DNA from: Octopus bimaculoides
Lineage: Eukaryota
Direction of reading: 5' to 3'
Assembly: GCF_001194135.2 (NCBI RefSeq)
Contig: NC_068998.1
Span: 32,720,295 to 32,784,294 of the forward strand
DNA length: 64,000 bases
Shown here one piece after another: positions 1 to 12,155 of this stretch. The translations under genes were made by a program, and so were the position numbers. The first letter of the stretch is position 1. Each line of letters begins with the position of its first letter. The notes beneath the pieces are model-generated. The model saw only the letters and a program-made list of their open reading frames with translations. It was not told the origin of the DNA and ran no database searches.

Positions 1-659
1 GGAGGCATTTCAGTAGCTGAGAATAATACAGCTCTGTCATGGTGTGACTCTTTTCAAGGTAATCGATCAGCAAGACACCTTGAGAATCCAAAAAAACTGA
101 CGCCATGACCTTGTCAGCTGAAGGAATGACCCTGGCCTTCTTTGGGGTAGGAGAAATTGTGTGCTTCCACTGCTTTGATTGCTCTCTGGTTTCAGGCTGG
201 TAGTGATGAACCCAACTTTCATCCATAGTAGTGAAACGAGCAAAAAAATTCTCTTCACTGGCTTCAAACAGTTCCAGATTGCTCGTGGACAAAGTGCACC
301 TGCTGCATTTCTGTTCAGGAGTCAAAAGGCAAGGGACCAACCTTGCAGAAACCTTTGAGAATCCAAGTTCTTTTGTCACAATGTTGTCTGCTCTTTCAGT
401 TGAGATGCCCAGTCTCTTGGCTATCTGATGACATGATATTCGATGATCTTGCATCATCATACCAAGAGCAAGGTCAATATCGTCCTCGGTGGTTGCAGTT
501 GGAGGTCTCCCTGGTCTGTGATCATCTTCCACACTCTCCCTGCCACGCTTGAATTCATTTACCCTGCGTTTGACTGTTGCATATGAAGGAGCATTGTCTG
601 TTAAGGTTCTCACTATATCTTCATGGATTTCTGATGGAGTCATGCCTTTCAAATGAAGG
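1..659 (-). mobile_element. Mariner (DD34D-type) transposase fragment, N-terminus cut by an RTE insertion, runs off the window edge
   Basis: Manual translation 658->2 gives LHLKGMTPSEIHED...APSYATVKRRVNEFKRGRESVEDDHRPGRP...VSARLVPCLLTPEQK...TMDESWVHHYQPETREQSKQW...KVMASVFLDSQGVLLIDYL. This has the HTH, GRP, WVPHEL-like and first catalytic D (TMDESW) motifs, with no stop in ~219 codons. Confidence 0.93.
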
Positions 660-1816
660 CTTAGGTAGAAACTCCATAAGATGTGCCTGGTGTAAGCTAT
701 GAACACATAAGAGGTGCAGCAATATCAAAGGAAGGATAACTGGGAAGATAGCTTGTGTGTGTGGCAAATGCTCAGAAGCAATAATCACTGAAAATGTGAA
801 GAAAACAACTTCCGTCACATTCCAGGGTGAAAAGCTAGAAGTAGTTGATAGCTTCTGTTAACTAGGTGACCAAGTCAGTAGCAGGGATGGTTGCTTTAAG
901 AGCGCAGCAGCTAGAATAAGAATAGCCTGGGTAAAGTTCAGAGAACTCCTACTATTGTTGGTGACAAAGGGCCTCTCACTCAGATTAAAAGGTAGACTGT
1001 ATGATGCATGTGAGCAAACAGCCATGCTACATGGCAGTGAAACATGGGCCATGACTGCTGAAGACATGTGTAAGCTTGCAAGGAATGAAGCTAGTATTCT
1101 CTGCTGGATGTGTAATGTCAGTGTGCATACACAACAGAGTGGAAGTGCCCTGAGAGAAAAGTTGGACTTAAGAAGCATCAGAGGTGGTGTGCAAGAGAGA
1201 CAGCTGTGCTGGTATGGTCATGTGTTGTGTATGAATGAAGACAGTTGTGTGAAAAAGTGCTACACCCTAGCAGTTGAGGGAACCTGCAGAAGAGGTAGAC
1301 CCAGGAAAACCTTGGATGAGGTGGTGAAGCACAGCCTTTGAATATTGGGCCTTACCAAGGCAATTACTAGTGACTGGGACCTTTGGAGATATGCAGTGCT
1401 TGAGAAGACCCAGAAAGCCAAGTGAGATTGTAACTGTGGCCTATGCCAGTGCAGCATAACCAGCCCATTTAAGAATACTCTTCAATCATTGGGCAATAAA
1501 ATGCACTTGTGAAAACTTGTTGAGGTAAGTGAAGTCATTGTCATGGCTGATGACAGTGCCGCCTGACTTTTGAGTGTTGATGCCATTTGAGTGTTGATGC
1601 CAGTGCCGGCTGATTTGTCCCATGCTGGTGGCACGTAAAAAGCACCATTTAAGCATGGCCGATGCCAGTACCACCTGACTGGTCCTCATGCCAGTGGCAT
1701 GTAAAAGGCATCCACTACACTCTTGGAGTGGTTGGCATTCAGCTGTAGAAACATTGCTAGATCGGATTGGAGCCTGTACAGCCTTCTGGCTCACCAGCCC
1801 TCAGTCTCTCCAACCC
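660..1816 (+). mobile_element. RTE-clade LINE, 5'-truncated: Cys-rich insert, RT C-terminus and 3' UTR
   Basis: ORF 955-1341 reads LKGRLYDACEQTAMLHGSETWAMT...WYGHVLCM...RGRPRKT. The 3' UTR matches the copies at 6.3, 9.8, 31.4 and 47-48 kb. The (GAT)n tail is missing. Confidence 0.92.
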
Positions 1817-2323
1817 ATGCCAGCATTATGTCTCCATTCATCTTCCCACAGAGCGTGAAGCTAAACATGGAGGCCTACATCAAGTGCCTGGAGGAGGTAG
1901 TGCTGCTGAAAGACCCTATGTCTGACAACAGGACACTGCAACATGCCACACAAGCAGGAGAACCCAGTCATGGCTGCCAGACAATTTCTGTGGCTACATC
2001 ACTCCTAACATCTGACCACCTAACTTCTCAGACTGCAACCCCCTTAATTGTTATGTGTGGGGTGAAGTTGAGTGAGAGACCAACAAAATTCTCTATCTAA
2101 CATTGAAGATGAACTGAAGGCAAGGATTATAGCAGCATTCACTAACTTAAAACAAGGAAACTATCCAGAAGAGTTGCGGGAGATTCTGAAGTCATCTGAA
2201 GGTGGTGGTTGAAGCCAATGGTGATTTTATTGAATAAATTTACTCTTTAGCATTTCAAGATATTTTTTATGTTATTTTCATTTTTGTGTAATTTAGATGA
2301 CAATATATTCACCACACCCTGTA
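1817..2323 (+). mobile_element. Tc1/mariner maT-like (DD37D) transposon, 3' half with right TIR
   Basis: Frameshifted MSPFIFPQSVKLNMEAYIKCLEEVVL...QQD...CHTSRRTQSWL...PPN.SDCNPL...VVEANGDFIE*. About 37 residues separate the 2nd and 3rd catalytic positions. It ends CACCCTG followed by TA (2322-2323). Confidence 0.85.
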
Positions 2324-2519
2324 TGTATATATATATATATATATATACATATATGTATGTATAGAGGGTGGACAGTATGGTGGGTGAATACATGTGGTTG
2401 GATATATGGAAAGAAATATGATGAAAAAACATAGAAGATTTGTTTTACAAGACTAAAGAATATGTTAAAATTATAATAGCAAAAGTATTATAGAATATTG
2501 TACAAAATAAAACTTTTCT

Positions 2520-3275
2520 CTTCCAACATAATAACCGGTTTTGCTGTTGCTTTTCAAATTTGGAGTTTTGGATGCAATTCTGACATTTGGTTTGCTGGGT
2601 TGATAATTGGTAACCAAAGTATATTTCAGTGAAGGGGAGGTAAATCTGTAATTTATAGTATTTTATCTATATTTGATTCTGGCTTATATCTTACAATAGA
2701 TGGGGTAAATCTTTAATTTTCAATATGGGTTTATATTTAATTCTGGCTTATATTTTTGGTAAATGAGACCTCTTTATATAGTCATACTTGTGTTGCAGTC
2801 CAAATAGCAAATTGATATACTGGGAAGATTAGGAATTTGGTTGCAGTTGTTCTGCACATCTCTCAGTGTCTTCACTGAGATATATCTGGTGATATTATGG
2901 GGAAGATATCTGTTGTCTGTGGACTGTATATCTCCATTTGGTCGACATTCTTGTTGATTCTATATAGTTTTTATGGCAGCCCGAGCATCTGATTACATAA
3001 ATGAGGTTTACAGTGGTGTAAGTTAAGTTGGATTTAATTTTGAATTTTTGCCCTCATCTAAAAGGGAATTCTGGGATATCAACACCAGTATGACTAAATG
3101 AAGAGGCCTCATTTATTGAAAAATATAAGCCAGAATTGAATATAAACACATATTGAAAATTAAAGATTTACCCCATCTATTGTAAGATGTAGACTAATAT
3201 TAAAAATTACAGATTTACCACCCCTTTATTGAAAAATACCTTTGTTACCAATTATGTCCCCCTAGCAAACAAAGT
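2520..3275 (-). mobile_element. Penelope-like element: GIY-YIG endonuclease C-terminus and 3' tail on minus, with an inverted pLTR copy on plus
   Basis: Minus translation gives GQKFKIKSNLTYTTVNLIYVIRCSGCHKNYIE..., a GIY-YIG-like pattern. The plus copy ends KYKPELNINTY*. 2603-2795 and 3080-3255 are inverted copies of each other. Confidence 0.8.
2525..2565 (-). ncRNA. Degenerate minimal hammerhead motif (U3-A8 core, G12A) in the Penelope tail
   Basis: Minus strand reads CUCCAAAU-UUGAAAA-GC AACA GC-AAAA-CCGGUU-AUUAUG, the same family as 62757-62795. Confidence 0.6.
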
Positions 3276-3994
3276 GCTTTTCTATTTTATTCTTCATATT
3301 TTATGTTTGATTTTGATCAATGACATTTACGTTCATTACCATATAAATAAGTACAACATTTTCTTATTGGTTGACTATGTATTTACAATAAAGAGCCATT
3401 GCAGCAACATAAAATAGTGCATGAAACAAAACTGGATAGAAAGACATTAGTTGCTAATACTACCATCCTAGATAAAATTCCACAAAAATGAACTAGATTT
3501 GATGTGGAAGCTTTATTAATAGCACAATATAACTAAAAACAAAAAATCAACACACAGCGATACTATTTGTGGAATAAATTACATAAGTAACCTAGGGCTG
3601 ACTGTTAAAGAGTCTTAGCTCCAATGATAATGGTTTTTATCGGTTTTACCATAATTTTCATAATTACTTGCTACCTATTATATAAATATAGCTTTAATGG
3701 CATCATCACTGCTTGATTGGGAAGATGAGACCAAGAGGTTATTGCAATGTTAAAGTTAAGAAAGCTATTGTTCTAAATTAAACTTAAAGAATAATTCATT
3801 AATCGAAAAGATTGAACTTGAATAATCTCTTGTTTTCAATATTATATGTATGCAGAAAGAAGGGTTTTCTCTCTTCAAATTTATTTGTATAAATAGAGAG
3901 CTGCATGGTTGTAGGGTAGAGGTGAGAATATGATTGTGAGAGCCTTCATGTTGATTGCTCAAGTAGCCTTTCCCTGGAAACAGTTGAAGATTTT

Positions 3995-4770
3995 GTCTGT
4001 ATGGCAGCAGCAGTGTCCCATATGATGGAGCAGTACTCCATTAACTTTATAGAAAGTTAATGGTTGTCTGAGAGCCGAAATATTTTCTAATACTGAAGTG
4101 AAAAGCTAATCTCTAAATGTAATTTTTGCTGTGTTGAAGCTATGTGTTCACCAAGGGAGATCCTTAGTGACAGCAAAGCATAACATTTGAAGTATCTATG
4201 AGTTACCTGATTGTATTGCTCATGTTTAAGGTGGAATCAGTAGTGGTGGAAGGTAGAGTGTGGAAAATGTTTTCTTGATATGTGCAGAGACTGTGCTTTT
4301 TTGCTGTTGGAGGAGACAAGGTTGGCATGACCTCATTGGAAGATATTTTCAAGTTTTCTGCTAATGGAATCATTGTACATTTTGTGTAAGGTTTTATGTT
4401 GCATGGAGATGATGTTTTAGTGTGACAAATTAGGAAGGAATGAAGGCTATCTTTAGTATACGAGTGGGTATTGTTTGAGGTGGCAGTAAAAAGATCATTG
4501 ATACATAGATAGAAGAGTATGGACAAACTGAACATTGGGATGTATCCGATTTGATAAAGTGGAAGTTAGAGAGATCTTTAGCAGTATACAATATGATCGT
4601 ATGATTAGATAAGAAGCCACTACTTTCTCAATGCTGAGTGCTTCCTCGTAAGAGACATGAGAGAATAGTTCACCAATGGATCTTTGGTAAGCTGTGATGT
4701 ATAGAACAACACTCACCCTACCATCAGTATTCCTGGGAAATCTGAGGGGATATCCATTTATCATTGCAAA
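3995..4770 (-). mobile_element. CR1/L2-group LINE reverse transcriptase remnant
   Basis: Minus-strand LFYLCINDLFTATSNNTHSYTKDS (decayed INDL...YADD region) followed downstream by MEYCSIIWDTAAA; heavily frameshifted. Confidence 0.75.
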
Positions 4771-5505
4771 CATTTATCATTGCAAATTTATCCGGAACTA
4801 GTTTCAAGTGATTAATTTTAAAATTAATGCCCAGGAAAACTGATGAGTTAATTCTGTAATGAGCAAAAGTTAATCGCCACAGAGATGCTATGTCTCCATC
4901 CTAGTTGTCCCTTAAAGTGATTTTCACCCGCAGTCTACAACAATTTTCATCAAGTGTTCAGATTCATGTAATGGAAATTAATGTTCAGATCAACCTGAAA
5001 GTATTAAGAATGAATATGCATGTCAGCCTCTTGATTCTGTCTGTCTTATGAACACATGATCATACATATTCAATTTGGCAGACATCAACATAATTTGTTT
5101 ACTGAATTCTAAAAGCAACAATAACTATTCTTGTTTACAGTCATTGGTTTAGGAAGGAGGCTTTAACTCTGATGATATACAACCAAGTTGAAACACTTGT
5201 GTCTCAAAATCACCCTACATTAATGAATTGATGTTCTTAACACACATCATTTGAAAGGAGATGGTGTTATCTGCAGGTGAAATAGAACAGCAATTAGCAT
5301 TTCCTAATTCAAATCTACCAGAATGTATTAAGTGTGAATATGCATGTTATTATTTTGATTCTCACTGTTTTACATGCATTTGATAATTTATTACATATAT
5401 ACATATGTATGTATATACTATATACTATACACATAAACACCCACACCCACACTCACAAATACACACACACACATATATGTAATGCGAATGTGTGTGTATG
5501 TGAGC

Positions 5506-5541
<36 letters not shown>

Positions 5542-5625
5542 CTACATTGCTAGAAATAAGAGCTAAAATGCTCTAATGCTGTAGTTAATGCACATGAATG
5601 AAAGCATGAAAGCATATACACTAAC

Positions 5626-5740
5626 CATATTTGTCTAAAAAATGCCAACCAAGAATTCTCAAGACTGATGTCATTTTCGGCAATTTCCATTGCCCCATCA
5701 GTTAAGCCAGCTTGGTGTTTGGCTTTTTCTGGACCTGTTT
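5626..5740 (-). CDS. Candidate internal exon (E)TGPEKAKHQAGLTDGAMEIAENDISLENSWLAFFRQIW; product unknown
   Basis: AG acceptor (5741-5742), GTTAGT donor (5625-5620), open frame with protein-like composition. The ending loosely resembles the 'xxFKKIW' loop-TM7 junction of equilibrative nucleoside transporters. Unverified. Confidence 0.3.
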
Positions 5741-5744
5741 CTAT

Positions 5745-5985
5745 ATTAGTACATATGTTTTTGTCATCCAAGTTAACAGATGATTTAGTGATTTGCTAAT
5801 GTGTATACATAAAATTAATATAAACAGCAGGCTGAAATGTTTTACCAAAAAGGAGAATTTAGTGACAATTACAATTTTCGTTTTTGGTGAAATAGTGCAA
5901 CCAGCTGTTTATATTAATTTTGTGTATACACATTAGTGAATCACAAATCATCCATTAATTTGGATGACAAAATCATATATATTAA
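5745..5985. mobile_element. Foldback MITE-like element with ~100-bp imperfect inverted arms and a ~30-bp spacer
   Basis: 5750-5850 is the reverse complement of 5881-5985 (e.g. GCTGTTTATATTAATTTT(A/G)TGTATACACATTAG and TTGGATGACAAAA). Confidence 0.75.
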
Positions 5986-6317
5986 TAGAGAAAGATTATG
6001 CAATGCTACATACCAAATTGTAACATGTCACAATAAAGATTCTTAATGAAATAATTGTAGCAGTAACAGATAACCTATTCATCTGTTTTTATTATGTTTT
6101 CATGCCAGAGTTAAGGTTCTATCCATCTTTGGATACTATTGGAGTTTCAAATTACCAAACTCAGTAAACTTCCCTTCATTGATGCATTCCATGCTATGAT
6201 AATGGATTACTTAACTGGCTGATTTGTGTCTTTCTGTCTAGTCATTTATTATAGTGTCCTTCACTTCCATATGCCTCAATCTTTATGGATCCCTTTAATC
6301 AAATATAAATAAAAGCT

Positions 6318-7195
6318 TAATGGCAGTGAAACATGGGCCGTGACTGCTGAAGACATGCATAGGCTCGCAAGGAATGAAGTCAGTATGCCCCGATGGATGT
6401 GTAATGTCAGTGTGCATACTAGACAGAGTGTAAATACCTTGAGAGAAAAGTTGAATCTAAGAAGCATCAGTTGTGATGTGCAAGAGAGACAATTGCGCTG
6501 GTATGGTCATGTGGCGAGAATGGATGAGGATAGCCGTGTGAAAAAGTGCCACAGCCTAGCGGTTGAGGGTACCTGTGGAAGAGGTAGACCCAGGAAGTCC
6601 TGGGATGAGGTGGTGAAGCACGACCTTTGAACATTAGGCCTCACCGAGGCAATGACTTGTGACCGAGACCTTTGGAAATATGCTGTGCGCGAGAAGACCC
6701 GGCAAGCCAAGTGAGACCTAAATCCAAGGCCTCTGCCAGGGGTGTAACCAGCCCACTTATGCATACCTTTCCTTCATTGGACACGAAACTCAGCTTGCGA
6801 AGACCTGTTGGGGCAAGCGAAAGTGAAATCGTGATGGCACCTGTGCCCAGCGTCGCCTTCCTGGCACTTGCGCTGGTAGCACGTGTAAAGACATTCGAGC
6901 AAGACCGTTGCCAGTGCCACTGGACTGGCTCTTGTGCAGGTGGCACATAAAATACATCATTTTGAGCGTGGCCATTGCCAGTACTGCCTGACTGGCCTTC
7001 GTGCTGGTGGCACGTAAAAGCACCCACTACACTCTCAGAGTGGTTGGCATTAGGAAGGGCATCCAGTTGTAGAAACTCTGCCAAATCAGATTGGAGCCTG
7101 GTGTAGCCTTCTGGTTCAGCAGTCCTCAGTCAAATCGTCCAACCCATGCTAGCATGGAAAGCGGACGTTAAACGATGATGATGATGATGATGATA
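6318..7195 (+). mobile_element. RTE-clade LINE 3' fragment with full 3' UTR and (GAT)n tail
   Basis: ORF 6340-6630 reads ...WYGHVARMDEDSRVKKC...RGRPRKSWDEVVKHDL. It ends CGGACGTTAAAC(GAT)n. Confidence 0.93.
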
Positions 7196-7197
7196 TG

Positions 7198-7349
7198 TAT
7201 AAGAGTGGCTGTGTAGTAAGAAGCTTGCTTCCCAGACATATGGTTCTGGGTTCAGTCCCACTGTGAAGTACCTTGGGCAAGTTTCTTCTACTACAGCCTC
7301 AGGCTGACCAAAGCCTTGTAAGTGGAATTGGTAGACAGAAACTCTGTGT

Positions 7350-7393
<44 letters not shown>

Positions 7394-7592
7394 CTGTATA
7401 TCTGTGTTTGTCCCCCTCCCTACCATCACTTGACAACCAATGTTGGTGTGTTTGCATTCCAGTAACTTAGTGGTTCGGTAAGACCGACTGATAGAATAAG
7501 TACTGGGCTTACAAAGAATAAGTCCTGAGGTCAATTTGTTTAACTAAGTCAGTGCTCCAGTCAAATGAGTGAAACAAAAAGTGAAAAAAAGA
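7198..7592 (+). mobile_element. tRNA-derived SINE, family A (internal TG microsatellite)
   Basis: A-box-like GAGTGGCTGTGTAGTAAG and B-box-like GGTTCAGTCCC. Body and tail are shared with many copies in the window. Confidence 0.85.
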
Positions 7593-7838
7593 ATATTGTG
7601 ATGGTCATATTTTGGCTAATTAACCACAATTCAGCTTTGTTATTATTCTTATTTTAGTGTTTTTGCCTGAAGTCTTTTGTCACACATCCTGTGACCTCTT
7701 CTGAATAATAACAAAGCTGAAGTGAAAACTGAGTAAATAGTGTGTGGTTAATTGGCACAAATATGACCATCCCTGAAATACAACAATATCTGTTTCAATA
7801 CATGATTTCACATCAGGAATCTTGCAAAACAAAAACAT

Positions 7839-7902
<64 letters not shown>

Positions 7903-7907
7903 ATCTA

Positions 7908-7947
<40 letters not shown>

Positions 7948-7993
7948 TGTGTGTGTGTGTGTGTATACTATTTCAATAAAGTTGAAAAATTTT

Positions 7994-8042
7994 CACAACA
8001 GTTACTTAGCGTTTCATGTGACCATTCATCAGACAGTTTGTG
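7994..8042 (-). ncRNA. Minimal type I hammerhead ribozyme motif with intact core
   Basis: CACAAACUGU-CUGAUGA-AUG GUCA CAU-GAAAC GCUAA GUA/ACUGUUGUG: stem I ~8 bp (one mismatch, one bulge), stem II 3 bp, stem III 2 bp. Confidence 0.7.
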
Positions 8043-9344
8043 AAGCTTTTTGCTTTAATAAAATACTCCACTCTCTCTACTTTTTGGTATTCAAGTACTA
8101 CTTTTTCTATCTTGTTTTATGTGCTTACTTCTGTGTGTGTGTGAACTAATTATGTAAGCCTTATTGAGTAGGGGAAAGAGATGTGACCTATACATAGCAC
8201 TTTACCAAACATTTACATCAAAACACACATTAATTTATATGACACGAATAAGCCCTAAGATATTTATACAAACACAATAGGATCTTTAAGAGATATAGGA
8301 ATAATTCTTGATAGGCAATACCCCAGCAACAATTGAGCTTGATAAACAAATAGAATAACATAACCTAAACATAAAAATATTTAATAATCACCTTTAATAA
8401 AAACAAATACCCTACCCAATGTATAACACAAATCATGAGCAGCCCAGCCAAAACAAAAAAATGAATATAAACAAACAAGAAGCACTATATGTGAAATCAA
8501 AAACATAACACACAAAACCATTAAAACAAAAGAAGAGCCTTACAAAAGCAATAATCTCGATCTTGACCTATTTTTAGACCAACCCCTAACTTTGGTCAGC
8601 AACTGGAGTGATGTTGAGACAGCAGCACATACTTATAAACAACAACACCCCAAGTCTCACAGAACACTAACTAACAAAAATTTACTTCACTCAGTTCCCT
8701 TTGAGGATGATCAAATGGATGGAGCCTGATGAAGCTGCACCGACACAATATTGTAAGGCTGCATTTGCAACAGTGAGTAATTGCTGCAGTGGAAGCACAT
8801 GTAGGTCATTATGATATGCTGTATATAACTATAAAATAAATTTTGTGGATGTACAAGTCTTTATACTCTTTGTTATTATTAATATTAATACATATTGCAG
8901 ATAATTTTTACCACCCAGTGAAGAGTATACAGAATTACCCATGGAAAGAATTCACAGAGAGACTAACAACTAATTGTAGTCACAGAAATTAAATCATTAG
9001 ATACTGATCATTGTGGTTAGCCATCAACTGGAACTTAACTGAAAGCTAATACAGTATCTGCCCGGATAATATATCCTTCCAAATTCACTTGTGCACACAC
9101 ACACGCACACACACACACACACATATAAACAGGAAGTGACGGACAGTAATATATGAATATTTCATAAAACACATTTGATATTCGATTGTGGTGTTCCTGT
9201 GTGGGTCTCGGCAACTTGTATACCCATTAAATTGTCAATGATTCACTCAGTTTTGTTGATCCAAATGATGACAGCATCCATATGCAGACTATAGAAGGGT
9301 GATGGATGTTCATCAAGAAGAAAGGCGGCAATGTGGGATTAGTC

Positions 9345-9762
9345 CTTTACTTGTTTCAGTCATTTGACCGTGGCCATGCTGGTGCCTTTGAACATCAGGA
9401 CTTATTTTTATACTGTTGGTGCCTTTCGCCAAACCACGAAGTTACGGAGAATTAGACACACCAACATCAATTGTCATGGGGAGACAAACAGGCACACACA
9501 CACACTCACACACACGCAAACACACAGACAGAGACACACACACAGAGACAGATAGACAGACAGACAGACAGACAGACACACACATACACAAACACACACA
9601 CACACACATGTACGACAGGCTTCTTTCAGTTTCCGTCTATGAAATCCACTCATAAGGCTTTGGTTGGCCTTAGGCTATAGTAGAAGACACTTACCTAAGG
9701 TGTCATGCAGTAGGACTGAACCTGGAACCATGTGGTTGGAAAGCAAGCTTCTTACCACACAG
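9345..9762 (-). mobile_element. SINE family A
   Basis: Reverse complement of the 7198-7592 head, body and tail around a CA/GACA tract. Confidence 0.85.
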
Positions 9763-9804
9763 AGATAACTGTGCCGGATGATGATTTATTTACACCATAT
9801 TTGG

Positions 9805-10440
9805 TGTGCAAGAGAGACGCCTGGTCTTGTGTTGCATATGGATGAGAACAGCTGTGTGAAAAGTGTCACACCCTAGCAGTAGAGGGAACCTGTAGAAGAT
9901 GTAGACCCAGGAAGACCTGGGATGAGGTGGTGAAGCACGATCTTCGAATGTTGAACCTCACGGAGGTGATGACAAGTGACTGAGACCTTTGGAGATATGC
10001 AGTGCTTGAGAAGACCCAGAAAGCCAAGTGAGACCATAACTGTGGCCTAAGCCAGTGCAGCATAACCAGCCCATTTAAGAGTACTCTTCAATCATTGGAC
10101 AATAAACTGTGCTTGCAAAGACCTGTTGAGTTAAGAGAAGTCATTATCATGGCCGATGCCAGTACCACTTGACTGGCACCTATGCCAGTGGCACATAAAA
10201 AGCACCATTCAAGTGTGGTCGATGCCAGTACTGCCTGACTGACCCTCATGCTGGTGGTATGTAAAAAGTACCCACTACACTCTCGGAGTGGTTGGCATTA
10301 GGAAGGGCATCCAGCTGTAGAAACCTTGCCAGATCAGGTTGGAGCCTTGGTATAGCCTTCTGGCTTGCCAGTCCCCAGTCAAACCGTCCATCCCATTCCA
10401 GCATGGAAAGTAGACGTTAAACGACGATGATGATGATGTT
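9805..10440 (+). mobile_element. RTE-clade LINE 3' fragment with (GAT)n tail
   Basis: GTGCAAGAGAGACG...GGATGAGGTGGTGAAGCACG...3' UTR...GACGTTAAACGACGATGATG. Confidence 0.92.
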
Positions 10441-10563
10441 GATATATATATACAAATATTAAATGAAACTAAAATACAATTGACAAACTAAAAATTCATT
10501 TACATTATAATATTATATACTATAAAAAGATATTATATAATATAACATATATATACTCATACT

Positions 10564-10595
<32 letters not shown>

Positions 10596-10621
10596 CATAT
10601 ACTTTATCTTCTGTATTTTAT

Positions 10622-10935
10622 CTTCTACTTGTTTCAGTCATTGGACTGTGGCCATGCTAGCACACTACCATGAAGGGTTTAGTCAAACAACTTGATCTCA
10701 GTACTTACTTTTGAGTCTGATACTACCACTCTCTTTTGCCAAACTCCTAAGTTAGGGGCATAAACAAACCAGTACTGGTTATTCAGTGGTGGTGGGAGCC
10801 AAACTCTGAGACACACACACACACACACACACACAATGTGTTTCTACCCAGCTTCAGTCTACAAAATTCACTCATAGTCGACTCAGGGCTGCATAGTGGG
10901 ACTGAACCCAAAACCCTGTAATTGCAAACCACACA
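10622..10935 (-). mobile_element. SINE family A (degenerate)
   Basis: TACTTGTTTCAGTCATTGG tail through GGGACTGAACCC B-box complement. Confidence 0.75.
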
Positions 10936-11039
10936 ACAAGAAGCTATGGCCTTGTTGGAGCACCACCATTAGTGTGATTACTTGTTATTTTAAACTCATT
11001 TCCCAGCCTCCTCTCCAGAATTGGTTCTGGTGAAGTAGT

Positions 11040-11310
11040 GTTTTAGACAAAGCTTCCTTTCTTTATATTTTTCACTGCGAGATGTGAATTCACATGGTAT
11101 TTCAGATAAAAATTTGTCTAAATGTCCTTCGAACACATTCACATGTACGCCACATAAATTCCCTGAGGATTTTTGACAAGATATTGAAAGCCTGTGGTCT
11201 CTTGTATCCTAATCTGTTATTCTAGATGGAGAGGGAGGGATCTTTGATACCATACTTTTGGACAGGTTTTGTTTTTTGTCCTGCAGGATTTCCATTGCAT
11301 CTTCCTTATC
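11040..11310 (-). mobile_element. CR1-like LINE 3' coding end
   Basis: Minus-strand NLCGVHVNVFEGHLDKFLSEIPCEFTSRSEK, preceded by a decayed LG.RGPQLFNILPK-like segment. Confidence 0.65.
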
Positions 11311-11856
11311 AAGCAGGCTTGGTAGTGTTGTTAGTTTACTTGCTTTTACTCTGACTATGCGACTGATTTTACTGGGTTACATGTCAATGACTTGACATAC
11401 GAACCTTCACTAAACATCTCTTGAAGTAAAACTCGGATGTAACACCTACAACTTCATTTGTGATCAATGATGTAGACTAGTTCTTCTTTTCAAGCAAATG
11501 TATACATTGTTTAGAGAACAAGATTGACCCTGTGCAAGGCCTTTCATCACTTTAAAAAAAAACTCCAAACACAAATATTTCTTGATTTTTAATATCTCTA
11601 TTATGTGTTGTATGCTATAGCTGGCTGTAGGCACACAAAAAGCAAAACGCTCAATGAAACAATTCTATTGAAAGTATAAAACATGTGTAGTTACTTACTA
11701 GGCCTGAAAAGCCACATTTGTGCTTCTTTAAGAGACCAATTGAATGATAGGCATTGCTTGAAATTGAGTTACAGCCATCATATGTGTGCGTGCATGCATG
11801 TGTGTATGCGTGTGTGTGTATGCATGCGTGCATGCGAGCATGCGTGTGTGTATAGC

Positions 11857-12066
11857 TTTTATCTTTCACTTGTTTCAGTTACTAGACTGTGGCCATGCTG
11901 GAGCATCACCTTGAAGAATTTTAGTTGGACAAATTGACACCAGTACTTATTTCTCTTTTTTGCCTGATACTTCTTCTATCGATCTCTTTTGCCAAACCAC
12001 TAATTTACAAGGATCCAAACACCCAAAAACCATTGTCAAGCAGTAGTAGGGGATGAACACAGACAT

Positions 12067-12105
<39 letters not shown>

Positions 12106-12115
12106 NNNNNNNNNN

Positions 12116-12155
<40 letters not shown>

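Noticed and set aside
7198-7270. SINE heads as genuine tRNA genes
   Set aside because: A- and B-boxes are present but there is no complete cloverleaf, and the heads continue into shared SINE bodies.
8695-8772. Plus-strand exon FPLRMIKWMEPDEAAPTQYCKAAFAT with a GTGAGT donor
   Set aside because: No recognisable homology, and the same bases are better explained as a decayed hammerhead at the end of a repeat remnant.
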